A model generated the notes under the pieces. The model was not told where the DNA came from. It worked only from the letters and a program-made list of their open reading frames with translations, and did no database searches. A stretch of 64,000 nucleotides of DNA, from positions 1 through 64,000 of the IMG/VR virus record IMGVR_UViG_3300046736_000122. One strand, given 5' to 3'. Made by a program: the position numbers and the translations under genes. Positions 1-8,796 of the stretch are shown here, one piece after another (position 1 is the stretch's first letter; every line of letters starts with the position of its first letter). The stretch comes from a virus.

Positions 1-175
1 CGTTCAACGCGTTGAAGATCGCGTCTTCCGCGATCTCGCATAGCACCGCGACGCGCGTCAGGTCGGCGGTGTCGTGGCTGTGCGTGTCGCGTGCTGCTTT
101 GGCGAGTTCGTCTGCGGTTTCGCTGAGGGTGGCTCTGGCGGCGATGAGGGCCGCGTAGTCGATGGCGCGGATCAT
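1..175 (-). CDS. hypothetical protein (runs off window edge)
   Basis: ATG at 175 in an ATGA overlap with the upstream gene; reads MIRAIDYAALIAARATLSE... Confidence 0.55.
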   Translation of the reverse strand, partial: MIRAIDYAALIAARATLSETADELAKAARDTHSHDTADLTRVAVLCEIAEDAIFNALN

Positions 176-339
176 GCGACGCCGGCCAGCGCGAGGATGG
201 CCCACACCCAGAAGGCGCTGGAGATGAGCGACGCAACCGCATAGGCGGGCGTGATCTCGATAGAGCGCCCGACTATGGCGACGGTGAACACGCGGTCGAT
301 GGCGAGGTACGCGATGAGCACGAACGCGATCCAACTCAT
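172..339 (-). CDS. small membrane protein
   Basis: MSWIAFVLIAYLAIDRVFTVAIVG...AFWVWAILALAGVA has two hydrophobic segments; may start at GTG 441, coupled to the pentapeptide gene. Confidence 0.55.
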   Translation of the reverse strand: MSWIAFVLIAYLAIDRVFTVAIVGRSIEITPAYAVASLISSAFWVWAILALAGVA

Positions 340-437
340 GACGCCGCCGCGACGATCTTTGCGATGCCCGATCGCGCGGCTAACACCTGCGGCGTGGGCG
401 CGGCGGCGGGCGTGGCGACGCTTGCGCTGCTTGATCG

Positions 438-1316
438 TCACGACGCTCCCCCAGCGAACGCGGCCGTCAGCCGCTTCCGCGACTCGCGCCACTCGGCAAT
501 CCAGCGGGCCGCGAGCCCGGCGCGGAACTGGCCCTCGCGTTCCGGCTCGTCGACGGGCTCGTCGCCCGGGTGGATCGGCCCAAACCACAGCTCCGCGAGC
601 CGGCCGCCGTCGGGGTCGATGTGCTCAAGGTCGGTGTACGCGCAGCCGCGGACCTGCGCGATCGTGCCGACGAGGCAACGGCAGGCGCCCTCGTACGTTG
701 ACCCGTCGATCCGGCCGCTGGTGATGGCGTCCAGCAGGCCGGCGACCTCGGCGGGCGCCTCGTCTAGGATCGCCCATAGGTCGCTTCGCGTGGTGTGGAG
801 GGGATGCCGGTGGTCGCTTGCGTCGTCGCGCAGGTTCGCGCCGAGCAGGTTCGCGCCGAGCAGGTTCGCGCCGAGCAGGTTCGCGCCGCGCAGGTCCGCG
901 CCGAGCAGGTTCGCGCCGCGCAGGTTCGCGCCGCGCAGGTCCGCGCCGCGCAGGTCCGCGCCGAGCAGGTTCGCGTCGAGCAGGTTCGCGCCGAGCAGGT
1001 TCGCGCCGCGCAGGTTCGCGTCGAGCAGGTTCGCGCCGCGCAGGTTCGCGTCGAGCAGGTTCGCGTCGAGCAGGTTCGCGCCGCGCAGGTTCGCGTCGCG
1101 CAGGTTCGCGCCGAGCAGGTTCGCGCCGAGCAGGTTCGCGCCGCGCAGGTTCGCGCCGCGCAGGTCCGCGCCGCGCAGGTTCGCGCCGCGCAGGTCCGCG
1201 CCGCGCAGGTTCGCGCCGGCCACGACGCCTTGCTCAAGAGCGTGCCGCACATCGCGTGCGTCCGTCGCTGTGTACAACACGGTCCCGTCGTAGTACCGCT
1301 TGATCTCGATCGTCAT
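438..1316 (-). CDS. pentapeptide repeat protein
   Basis: 26 x A(N/D)L(R/L)(G/D) repeats; GGAGG SD upstream of ATG 1316; globular C-terminal domain. Confidence 0.9.
   Translation of the reverse strand: MTIEIKRYYDGTVLYTATDARDVRHALEQGVVAGANLRGADLRGANLRGADLRGANLRGANLLGANLLGANLRDANLRGANLLDANLLDANLRGANLLDANLRGANLLGANLLDANLLGADLRGADLRGANLRGANLLGADLRGANLLGANLLGANLLGANLRDDASDHRHPLHTTRSDLWAILDEAPAEVAGLLDAITSGRIDGSTYEGACRCLVGTIAQVRGCAYTDLEHIDPDGGRLAELWFGPIHPGDEPVDEPEREGQFRAGLAARWIAEWRESRKRLTAAFAGGAS
825..1214. repeat. 15-bp tandem repeat x26 (coding for pentapeptides)
   Basis: unit gcc/gtc-gcg/gag-cag-gtt/gtc-cgc read directly from the sequence. Confidence 0.95.
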
Positions 1317-1342
1317 TGTGGATTCCTCCAAGTCGAATGGAC

Positions 1343-1364
1343 GGCTACGCGGCGAAACCTAGCA
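1343..1364 (-). promoter_or_regulatory. class-I (putative early) promoter motif TGCTAGGTTTCGCCGCGTAGCC
   Basis: extended -10 TGnTAGGTT; near-identical copies at 4163, 29032, 33109 and partial ones at 26842, 22748. Confidence 0.7.
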
Positions 1365-1367
1365 CAC

Positions 1368-1401
1368 CGATGCACGGTCCGTCTAGACAGCACGCTAGCT
1401 T
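1368..1401 (+). promoter_or_regulatory. class-II (putative late) promoter CGATGCAC-N20-TAGCTT
   Basis: same motif and spacing recur before portal, capsid, neck and sheath operons. Confidence 0.6.
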
Positions 1402-1464
1402 TCCATGCACGCACCCGCGGCCACGCGCCGCGCAAACCCGCACCAGGAGGCGACAAAGACCGTC

Positions 1465-1650
1465 ATGCTCGCACTCAAGACCCGACTCGCCGCGCGGTTG
1501 AGGTCGATCGCCGCGCTGCTTGACCCGCCGCCCAAGGCCACGATGCACGTCGGCACCTGGCCACCTGGCTACTGCAACATGACCAACGGCACCGGCACGA
1601 CCAACGTTCCCGGCACGACCAAGATCGGCTACGGTGAGTGCCGACTATGA
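1465..1650 (+). CDS. hypothetical protein
   Basis: AGGAGG upstream; ATGA overlap with the endolysin. Confidence 0.5.
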   Translation: MLALKTRLAARLRSIAALLDPPPKATMHVGTWPPGYCNMTNGTGTTNVPGTTKIGYGECRL

Positions 1651-2363
1651 GCCCCACGGATGCGCGGATCGTCGCGACATGGCGGACACGACTGCAAGCA
1701 CGCACCCGTCTCGAAGATGCGGCGAAGAAACGTCACGCCGCCGCGCAACTGGCGCTCACGCAGGCGCGCGCGAATGACAAGCATCCACGACAGGCGCTCG
1801 TGACTCGGCGCGACGCGGCCAGCGACACGCTCTCGCTGCGACGCCGGCAGATCGCGGAGGCGCGGCGTGTCATCGCACGGCACGCCAGCGGCGCCCATGT
1901 CCACACCCCGATCGCTCCGATCCTAAACCACGGCAACGGCTTCAACCCCCCGGTCCACGACGGCGTGGACCTGATCTCCGAGGCATCCGACGAGGGCTGG
2001 GCGATCTGCGACGGCATCATTGTGGACGCCCGCTCGGAAGGCTGGTGGGGTAAGGGGGCGCAGGCATCGCACGGTCATCCGATCTCTGATGGGGACGGGA
2101 TCGTCCAGTTGCAGTGCACCGTTGATGTCGGGCCGTTTCGCCGGGGGATGGTGTTCGGCTACGGGCACGCTGAGCACGCTCGCTGCGAGGTCGGCGATCA
2201 GGTCAAGGCCGGCGAGGTCATCTGCCACGCCGGCTTTGCGAACGCCTGGCATTTCCACTTCATGGTCAACGGCGGCGACAAGCGACGCGGCGACGGTGGG
2301 TTTTCGGGCGTCGGCACGATGGACCCGTGGCCGTTCATCGCCTACGCGATCGGGCACGGATGA
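1647..2363 (+). CDS. M23-family peptidase endolysin with N-terminal coiled coil
   Basis: HDGVD (HxxxD), YGH and HFHF (HxH) zinc motifs. Confidence 0.8.
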   Translation: MSPTDARIVATWRTRLQARTRLEDAAKKRHAAAQLALTQARANDKHPRQALVTRRDAASDTLSLRRRQIAEARRVIARHASGAHVHTPIAPILNHGNGFNPPVHDGVDLISEASDEGWAICDGIIVDARSEGWWGKGAQASHGHPISDGDGIVQLQCTVDVGPFRRGMVFGYGHAEHARCEVGDQVKAGEVICHAGFANAWHFHFMVNGGDKRRGDGGFSGVGTMDPWPFIAYAIGHG

Positions 2364-2878
2364 GTCCGGCCGCGCGGGGCTCAACGCAGAACGAACGCGA
2401 CCTGGAGCTCGCGAAGCGTGCCAACGCGTTCGGCGCGAACTACTCGCTTCGCATCATCCTCGAAGCCCGCCGGGCAGGCATCCCGATCTCCCTCGGCTTC
2501 GCGCTCATCGAGCAGGAGTCGAACTTCTCCAACGTCTTCGGCCACGACCCCGGCAACCACTCGGGAGCGGGTCGGGTGACGAAATCGAAGTACGAGGCGT
2601 ATCGGGCGCGTCGCGGGCCGACCGGGCGCGGCGGGATGCAAGGCGTGGGCCCAGCGCAGTTGACCTACTACACCGTGCAGGATGCCGCCGACACGCTCGG
2701 CGGCTGCTGGGTCCCGAAGCACAACATCCGCGTCGCGTTCGAGCTGCTGGCCAACCTGATCGCGCAGCACGGCGAAGAGCAGGGCCTCGCCCGCTACAAC
2801 GGAACGGGGCCTGCGGCGCAGCGCTATAGCCGCAAGGTTCTCGAGCGCCAAGCGAAGTGGCATCGGCGGCTGACATGA
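2360..2878 (+). CDS. lytic transglycosylase (SLT / lysozyme-like) endolysin
   Basis: ALIEQESNF catalytic Glu, GVGPAQL, ARYNG motifs. Confidence 0.8.
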   Translation: MSPAARGSTQNERDLELAKRANAFGANYSLRIILEARRAGIPISLGFALIEQESNFSNVFGHDPGNHSGAGRVTKSKYEAYRARRGPTGRGGMQGVGPAQLTYYTVQDAADTLGGCWVPKHNIRVAFELLANLIAQHGEEQGLARYNGTGPAAQRYSRKVLERQAKWHRRLT

Positions 2879-2993
2879 TGAGCGGGGTCGGATACGGGAC
2901 GGGGCCGGGCCAGACGTTGTGGTTCTGCCACTGCTGCCAGTGGGCCGGGTTCCTGCCGGTTGGCTACGGGCATCGATGCAAGGGAACCAAGCC

Positions 2994-3326
2994 ATGAGCA
3001 CCGACGACAGCATCTCGGGTGTCTCTCACGATGGGGGCCGCGCCGAGCGCATTGCGCAGCCATGGACGCCGGACGGCGCCCCCGGCGTCATCGCGATCGG
3101 CTACCTGCCGATCCGGTCTGAGGCCGAGGCGATCGCGCTTCACCAGGCGCTGCTGACAGCGACCGGTGGCGAAGTGTACGGCGCGACCGGCGACCAGCTG
3201 CAAGACCTGCTTGCCCGCGTGAACGAGATGCTCATCGCGATCGTCCACGAGCGCGATGCGGCGCAGGCAGTCGGCGCGGAGCCCGGCCTTGCCGCGCCGA
3301 GCGTCGCCGATCGTGAGAACTCGTGA
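2994..3326 (+). CDS. hypothetical protein
   Basis: ATGA-coupled ORF with high-GC codon usage. Confidence 0.5.
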   Translation: MSTDDSISGVSHDGGRAERIAQPWTPDGAPGVIAIGYLPIRSEAEAIALHQALLTATGGEVYGATGDQLQDLLARVNEMLIAIVHERDAAQAVGAEPGLAAPSVADRENS

Positions 3327-3954
3327 GCGCCGTGATCCGCGACTTGCTCAAGCGGTTCTTCGACTGGCTGGCCGCGGCAGGCTTGCGCGGCGAGAACCGA
3401 GACGACGAGTGAGCCGCCGCGCGCGCACCTTCGTAGCCGGCTACCTCGTCATCGGACTGGCCGGTTCCGCGGCTCGTCGTGTCGGCTGGGAGGAGGACGG
3501 TCGCCGCAAGCAGGTGCGGTTCCCGCGCTGGATGATCCGGGTCAGGGCGCGTGTCGTCTTGGCCGCGCGGCGTGTGCGGGCCGTGGCGAAGGGTGGCCGC
3601 GCGGGGTTACTCGTGCTGCTGCTGCGGCAGGGACAGTAAGCCAGTGCACGCATCTGCCAACCAAGGAGGAAAACGACATGTCAACGAATCTCACGCTGGA
3701 GCCGTCTAGACATTCGTCGAGGCGTTGTCTGCCGCGTCGAGCCGGACGGGTCGCGCGTCGTCGTTCACCCCTACATCGATCCGAAGACGCACGCGGTGAT
3801 GCAGCTCACCGACGCGGAGGCGCGAGCCCGATCGCTTCACTGAGGAGCTGCGGCCCGCGCTAGCATTGCGGCGGGTGCCTCCACCATCTACCAGCGGGAC
3901 GCCGGGACCCGAGCCATCACCCGCGAATAGGGCGGCTGAAGAAGGCGAAGCAAG

Positions 3955-3987
3955 CGAGAGCCGTCCTTCGGGGCGGCTCTCGTCGTT
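3955..3987 (+). terminator. intrinsic terminator-like hairpin
   Basis: CGAGAGCCGTCC-TTCG-GGGCGGCTCTCG followed by TCGTT. Confidence 0.75.
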
Positions 3988-3996
3988 CCGGGGGCC

Positions 3997-4147
3997 GCGC
4001 GGTGCGACCCGGACCTCGCTCCGAGGGAGAAGCGAGATCCGGGCTGTAGCCGCACCCGACCGGGTCTGTCGCCGTGATGTTGCCGCGGGGAAGAACACGC
4101 GGCCGGCGACACCCGCGCTGCGAAAGCTAGCAGACCACGGGTTGCGC
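3997..4147 (+). ncRNA. candidate structured non-coding RNA
   Basis: several nested 6-8 bp helices and a GC-GAAA-GC tetraloop in a gap without a credible ORF. Confidence 0.35.
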
Positions 4148-4162
4148 CGCTAGCCATGATCG

Positions 4163-4184
4163 TGCTAGGTTCTGCCGCGTAGCC
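4163..4184 (+). promoter_or_regulatory. class-I promoter motif
   Basis: TTGCGC-N18-TAGGTT, then CTGCCGCGTAGCC, at the head of the early operon. Confidence 0.7.
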
Positions 4185-4209
4185 TGCAACCGATCGAAGG
4201 GACCCACCG

Positions 4210-4497
4210 ATGGCCACGCAGACGCAGTTCAGCCGCGCGACGATGGAGGCCGCGCTCGAAATCGCGGAGATCGACTGGGACGACACGACGATCCGCAACT
4301 ACTCGGGCCGCGGCATGTACGGCGACGAATGCATGGCCGTTGTGCTGGATGGCGACCGTGACACGTTCGCGCTGTTCGCGGCGCTCGGCATCGAGTTGGA
4401 CGACGACGAGGCGATCCCTATGGCCCGCTCTGCCTGCCAGGACAGCATGGGGCGCAGCATCGTCATCTACTGGCCGCGGCTGCGGCTGGAGGGCTGA
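4210..4497 (+). CDS. hypothetical phage protein
   Basis: first gene after the promoter; YSGRGMYGDEC and DSMGRSIVIYWP segments. Confidence 0.75.
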   Translation: MATQTQFSRATMEAALEIAEIDWDDTTIRNYSGRGMYGDECMAVVLDGDRDTFALFAALGIELDDDEAIPMARSACQDSMGRSIVIYWPRLRLEG

Positions 4498-4500
4498 GCG

Positions 4501-4791
4501 ATGGCCAGCACCACACCCGAGCCCGTCGCGGAGACGATCTGGAAGTTCGCCTTGCCGCCGGACTTCCTGCCTGTCTCGATGCCGCGCGGCTCGCAACTGC
4601 TCTACGTCGCCGAGCAGCACGGCGCACTCTGCCTATGGGCGCAGGTCGACCCCACGGCAGCCATGGTTCCGCGGCGCATCTACATCGTCGGTACCGGCCA
4701 CGATGTTCCTGGGGCCGCGGCCTACGTCGGTAGCGCTCTGCTTCAGGACGGCATGTTCGTCTTCCACGTCTACGATGGCGGCGAGTTGTGA
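4501..4791 (+). CDS. hypothetical phage protein
   Basis: TIWKFAL...LWAQVDP...IVGTGH...FVFHVY pattern of a common small phage family. Confidence 0.75.
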   Translation: MASTTPEPVAETIWKFALPPDFLPVSMPRGSQLLYVAEQHGALCLWAQVDPTAAMVPRRIYIVGTGHDVPGAAAYVGSALLQDGMFVFHVYDGGEL

Positions 4792-5069
4792 GCACCGTGG
4801 AGCCTGCCGCGCCCATCGAATACTTCATCGGCTACTCGGCAAGTAGCAACGCGTCCTTCGGCAGCCGCGACGCATTCGGTCAGCGCCCGGACGACGATGA
4901 GTGGACGCCGTGGGACGGCGATGAGTCGTTCACGGCAGATCAGGTGGTCGAAGCTCTCTGTGAGCCCCAGAACGGCGAGCGCGCGAATCTGCCGCGCGGC
5001 CTTGCCGAAGCCATCGAGGCGTCCGGCTTCGAGTGGTGGGTCGAGGCCCGCGAGATCGGGGCATCGTAA
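4788..5069 (+). CDS. hypothetical protein
   Basis: coupled ORF with overlaps at both ends. Confidence 0.65.
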   Translation: MSTVEPAAPIEYFIGYSASSNASFGSRDAFGQRPDDDEWTPWDGDESFTADQVVEALCEPQNGERANLPRGLAEAIEASGFEWWVEAREIGAS

Positions 5070-6310
5070 TGAGCGCTTCGGAGCCTGCCGCGGCCACGCC
5101 CGGCGAAGTCACGGGCCGCGCGACGGCAACCGGCGTCGCCGTGGTCAAAGTCGACGAAGCAACCACGATCCCCGCCATCCGCGACTGGAGCGACGACTAC
5201 CGCCGCCTGGTCCGCCGGACGGTGCTCAAGCCGAAGGAGCGCGAGGCAACGGAGGTCGAGCTCGCGTTCTTCGCCGAGCAGGTCAAGCGCACCGGCCTTG
5301 ACCCGTTCCACAAGCAGGTCTACGCGATCTACCGCAAGAAGAAGGGCGTCGAAGAACTGACCATCCAGGTCGGCATCGACGGCTTCCGCCTCATCGCCGA
5401 GCGCACCGGCAAGTACGAGGGTCAGACCGCGCAACAGTGGTGCGGCCCGGATGGTGTCTGGCATGAGGTCTGGACGCAGGACGGCCACCCGTTCGCCGCG
5501 CGCATCGGCGTTCACAAGCGAGGCCGCCGCGAGCCGACGTACGCGGTCGCGCACTGGGCTGAGTACGTCCAAACGTTCAACGGCACCCCGACCGGGAAGT
5601 GGATGCCTACTGCCAAGGGCGGTATGCCTGCCAACCAGCTCTCGAAGTGCGCCGAGGCGCTCGCGTTGCGTAAGTGCTTCCCGGCTGAGCTGAGCGGCTT
5701 CTACACGCCCGAGGAGATGGAGCAGGCCGACAACTCGCCCGCGCTGGACGCTGGGCAGGGTGACGGTCAGCCGCAAGGCTTCCTGCTCGGCGACGACATC
5801 GAAGCGGTCCTCGCTCGTGCCGCGACCCTCGGCGTGGCGCTCGATCGCGGCATGGTCGAGATGGACGTCTGCGATCGTGACGGCCACGTCATCCCGGATC
5901 GCGCGGCAAAGTGGATCGCTACGCACACGGCGGTGCTCGACGCGATCCCGCAGGACGCCGAGGTCGTGGACGCGCAGGAAGCGCCCGTGAGCGCCGCTGC
6001 CCCACAGGCACCCGAACGCCCGTCCGAGGCTGCCGCGGCCAGCGAGGCGCCAGCCGTGGACGCTGAGGCGGCCGATCTGGACACGGCGACCGGGCGCGCA
6101 GCCGACGCGATGGCCGAGTCGTTCGATGAGGCCGCGGCCGAGGATCGCATCGCTGCTCTGCGCCGCCGCGCCACCGAACTCCTCAACGCCGCGCAGGCCG
6201 CCGAAGAGGCCGGCCGCGGCGAGGAAGCCGACTCGCACTACTCGGAGCTCGCGGCGGTTGAGGCGAACCTTGACGCGATGACCAACGACGACCAGGGAAC
6301 GCTGATCTGA
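5069..6310 (+). CDS. bet: phage recombination protein Bet (RecT/Redbeta ssDNA annealing)
   Basis: TGLDPFHKQVYAI, IQVGIDGFRLIAERTGKYEG, MPANQLSKCAEALALRKCFP...YTPEEM. Confidence 0.9.
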   Translation: MSASEPAAATPGEVTGRATATGVAVVKVDEATTIPAIRDWSDDYRRLVRRTVLKPKEREATEVELAFFAEQVKRTGLDPFHKQVYAIYRKKKGVEELTIQVGIDGFRLIAERTGKYEGQTAQQWCGPDGVWHEVWTQDGHPFAARIGVHKRGRREPTYAVAHWAEYVQTFNGTPTGKWMPTAKGGMPANQLSKCAEALALRKCFPAELSGFYTPEEMEQADNSPALDAGQGDGQPQGFLLGDDIEAVLARAATLGVALDRGMVEMDVCDRDGHVIPDRAAKWIATHTAVLDAIPQDAEVVDAQEAPVSAAAPQAPERPSEAAAASEAPAVDAEAADLDTATGRAADAMAESFDEAAAEDRIAALRRRATELLNAAQAAEEAGRGEEADSHYSELAAVEANLDAMTNDDQGTLI

Positions 6311-6792
6311 TGGGACTCGACATCTACGCGCTGCACCACCCAAAGTTCATCAAGGCGGAGGCCGAGTCAGACGACGACTGGGATCTCGGCACGCACATCA
6401 GCAACGACCCGGCGTTTAGGGATCGCGCCGACGGCCGACCGGAAGGTATCTACGCGGGCGAGTTGAAGCGCCATCGCGGATGGTCGTACGGCGGCTACAA
6501 CCGCCTGCGCGAGATCATCTGCCGCGCGGCCTTCGGGGTAGAGCCAAAGGCTCTCTGGCCGGAGGCGCGCCGGTACGCGCAGGGCGACCATGGCGGCCTC
6601 GTACCGCTCGTCAACTTCTCGAACTGCGAGGGTGCGATCGGCCCGGTCACGTCGGCGAAGATCGCGGATGCCCTCGAACGGCTCGGGCCGATCAGCGATC
6701 GGGACGGCGACAGTTGGGATGACGGCCGCTTGGCGCTTATCGCCTGCTTCCGTGACGCGGCCGAGCACGACGGATTCGCGGTGTGGCGATGA
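6310..6792 (+). CDS. hypothetical phage protein
   Basis: MGLDI start; SYGGYN and NFSNCEGAIGP segments. Confidence 0.75.
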   Translation: MGLDIYALHHPKFIKAEAESDDDWDLGTHISNDPAFRDRADGRPEGIYAGELKRHRGWSYGGYNRLREIICRAAFGVEPKALWPEARRYAQGDHGGLVPLVNFSNCEGAIGPVTSAKIADALERLGPISDRDGDSWDDGRLALIACFRDAAEHDGFAVWR

Positions 6793-7151
6793 GCGCTTCC
6801 GAGGACACTGCGATGGCCGCGCGGCTCACGATGCTCGTCGACCATCAGATCCAGGGCCGCCCGATCGCGGTCCACATCAGCCGCGCAATGGAACGCCGCC
6901 TGGTCCGCCACGGCGAATCCGTCAACCGGGACATGCCCGACGATCCGCTGAACCTCAACCATGACGGCGATCTCGCGATCATCCTGCTCGGCTGCGCGGA
7001 CGAAGGGCTCCGCGCCGGCGAATCGGATGACGGGGTGTGGTCGGCGCTGGATGGCCGCTCGTACGAGTTGCCGCGGCCGGTGCGGGCTCCGTGGCGGATG
7101 CGGCTCGGGATTGCCGCGCGCGCCGCGATCACCGCTTGGCGGGCATCGTGA
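6789..7151 (+). CDS. hypothetical protein
   Basis: coupled ORF. Confidence 0.55.
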   Translation: MSASEDTAMAARLTMLVDHQIQGRPIAVHISRAMERRLVRHGESVNRDMPDDPLNLNHDGDLAIILLGCADEGLRAGESDDGVWSALDGRSYELPRPVRAPWRMRLGIAARAAITAWRAS

Positions 7152-7399
7152 GCGCGCTCCGGGACCTTGGCCTCGCGTCGGGCAATCCGATCACCATCGA
7201 TGTCGTCCCGTGGAAAGGCGTCAAGCTCGCCATCGCCGACCACCTGACGAAGCCCTGCTCGGATGGCCGCGCATCCGTAGCCGAGCGTGTCGCCACCGCT
7301 CACGGCCTGCCGCACGACCTTGTCCTGATCGCAGTGCCGCGCGGCAAGGGCAAGGCGATCGTCCGCCGCCTCGCGGACGGGGAGGTCGTGGCACGATGA
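7148..7399 (+). CDS. hypothetical protein
   Basis: coupled ORF (GTGA/ATGA overlaps). Confidence 0.5.
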   Translation: MSALRDLGLASGNPITIDVVPWKGVKLAIADHLTKPCSDGRASVAERVATAHGLPHDLVLIAVPRGKGKAIVRRLADGEVVAR

Positions 7400-8796
7400 C
7401 CGCGGCAATCGAAGAGCGCCCCGCATGGCGTTGCACAGCATGCCTGAAGGTGGCGAACAGCATCGCGCGGCCACCGTTTCATCGACGCAACGGGGAGCGG
7501 TGCCCCGGCGTGTTCGAGGCCGCGACGATTGCACCGGACGGCGCGGTGGTGGTTACCGGGCCCGAGCGCGAGACGTTGCGCGGCGAGGTCGTCGACCCTG
7601 CCTTGCGCTACCGGGTGACGCGGCTGCGGACCTACGCCACCGAATGCCCGCGCTCCACAGTGCTCGCGTCGCAGTTGACGACCGGTGCCCTCGGCACGAG
7701 CGGTGACCGCGGCTCGCTGCTGCACGCGGCCATCGCGGAGATTCTCCGCACGCTCTGGCGCCATGGAGAGCCACGCTTCGAGCGCACTGAGGACGCGATA
7801 GCGGTGCTGCGCGAGGTCGCCGCGCGCTCGCCGCATGTGGTGACGGCCGCGGACATGTTCGGCTCGCGCAACCCGGACGGCACGATCGCGCAGTCCGGCC
7901 TCGTGCAGATGATCGGATCGTTCGCGCAGGAAGTGTGGCAGCCACGGCGGTTCATGCTTATCGAGGGCGCGCCGCTGCCGTTCGAGGCTGAAGGCCGCCT
8001 CACCATGCCGGTGCCCTGTCCGGACGGCGAGATCCGCACCCTCTCCGGACAGCCCGATCTCGTCGTCGCGTCGCCTCCGTCGACCTGCGTGATCGTCGAC
8101 CACAAACAGTCCATGGCCAAGCCTCGCACGCCCCGCGAGCCCGTGCCCGAGGGCGAACCTATCCGCGGCATGGAGTACCTCACAGACCCCGCCGGCGACT
8201 ACGAGCAGTTGTGCGGATACACGGCCCTCGTGATGCACGCTTACCCGGCGGTGCAGACGGTCATCGGGCGCGAGAAGAACTGGCGCTACGGCGGCCCGTA
8301 TCGCGAGGTCGTGCTGACCCGCGACTTCGTGACCGAGCACGTGCTGCCGCACCTCGCGGCCACGATGATGAAGCTCGACCGCGGGCTGCGGGAGGGGGAG
8401 GGCTCGGAGTATGCGCAGCCGCGCGCGTGCGCGGCTTGTCTGAACCGTTGCAGCGTCAAGAGGTCGTGTTCGATCCCGGCCGAAGAGCGAGGTGCCGGCG
8501 CGCTCGACACCGACGAGGCCGCGGACGCCGAGGCTGCGCGGTGGGTTGTCGTCCGCGCGCTCGAGCCCGAGCAGCGCAAGGCGTTCAAGGCCTACGTGGC
8601 CGAGCGTAAGCGCAACCCGCAACTGCCCGACGGCCGCGAGGTCCGCTGGGATGGCGAGAAGCCCAACCGCAAGTTCGGCGTGTTCCCGGTGGCCGTCATG
8701 GATGCCGAGGCGGCTGCGCGTGACGTTGCGATGGATGAGGCGTACATGGCGCAGTGGGCTGCCGAGCTTGAGGCGCGTAAGGCGGCGATCACATGA
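7396..8796 (+). CDS. PD-(D/E)XK exonuclease (RecB/AddB/Cas4-like), probable Bet partner
   Basis: ECPR, GSLLHAAI, LSGQPDLV, IVDHKQ, QLCGY, C-terminal CxxC..C Cys cluster. Confidence 0.8.
   Translation: MTAAIEERPAWRCTACLKVANSIARPPFHRRNGERCPGVFEAATIAPDGAVVVTGPERETLRGEVVDPALRYRVTRLRTYATECPRSTVLASQLTTGALGTSGDRGSLLHAAIAEILRTLWRHGEPRFERTEDAIAVLREVAARSPHVVTAADMFGSRNPDGTIAQSGLVQMIGSFAQEVWQPRRFMLIEGAPLPFEAEGRLTMPVPCPDGEIRTLSGQPDLVVASPPSTCVIVDHKQSMAKPRTPREPVPEGEPIRGMEYLTDPAGDYEQLCGYTALVMHAYPAVQTVIGREKNWRYGGPYREVVLTRDFVTEHVLPHLAATMMKLDRGLREGEGSEYAQPRACAACLNRCSVKRSCSIPAEERGAGALDTDEAADAEAARWVVVRALEPEQRKAFKAYVAERKRNPQLPDGREVRWDGEKPNRKFGVFPVAVMDAEAAARDVAMDEAYMAQWAAELEARKAAIT

Noticed and set aside
825-1214. 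CRISPR array
   Set aside because: The 15-bp units are contiguous with no unique spacers, and are protein coding.
364-1523. Plus-strand and off-frame repeat ORFs (RFAPS, QVRAE, RRAGS, ARTCS)
   Set aside because: They are shadows of the pentapeptide gene, which has the SD, the promoter and the known repeat type.
4940-6343. Long antisense ORFs opposite bet (also 23421-24833, 48512-49699, 61707-62858)
   Set aside because: Open antisense frames are expected at this GC content. Unlike 44266-45210 they have no domain motifs, and the sense strand is the recognisable gene.
7396-8796. CRISPR-associated Cas4
   Set aside because: No cas1/cas2 or array; context fits a Bet-partner exonuclease.
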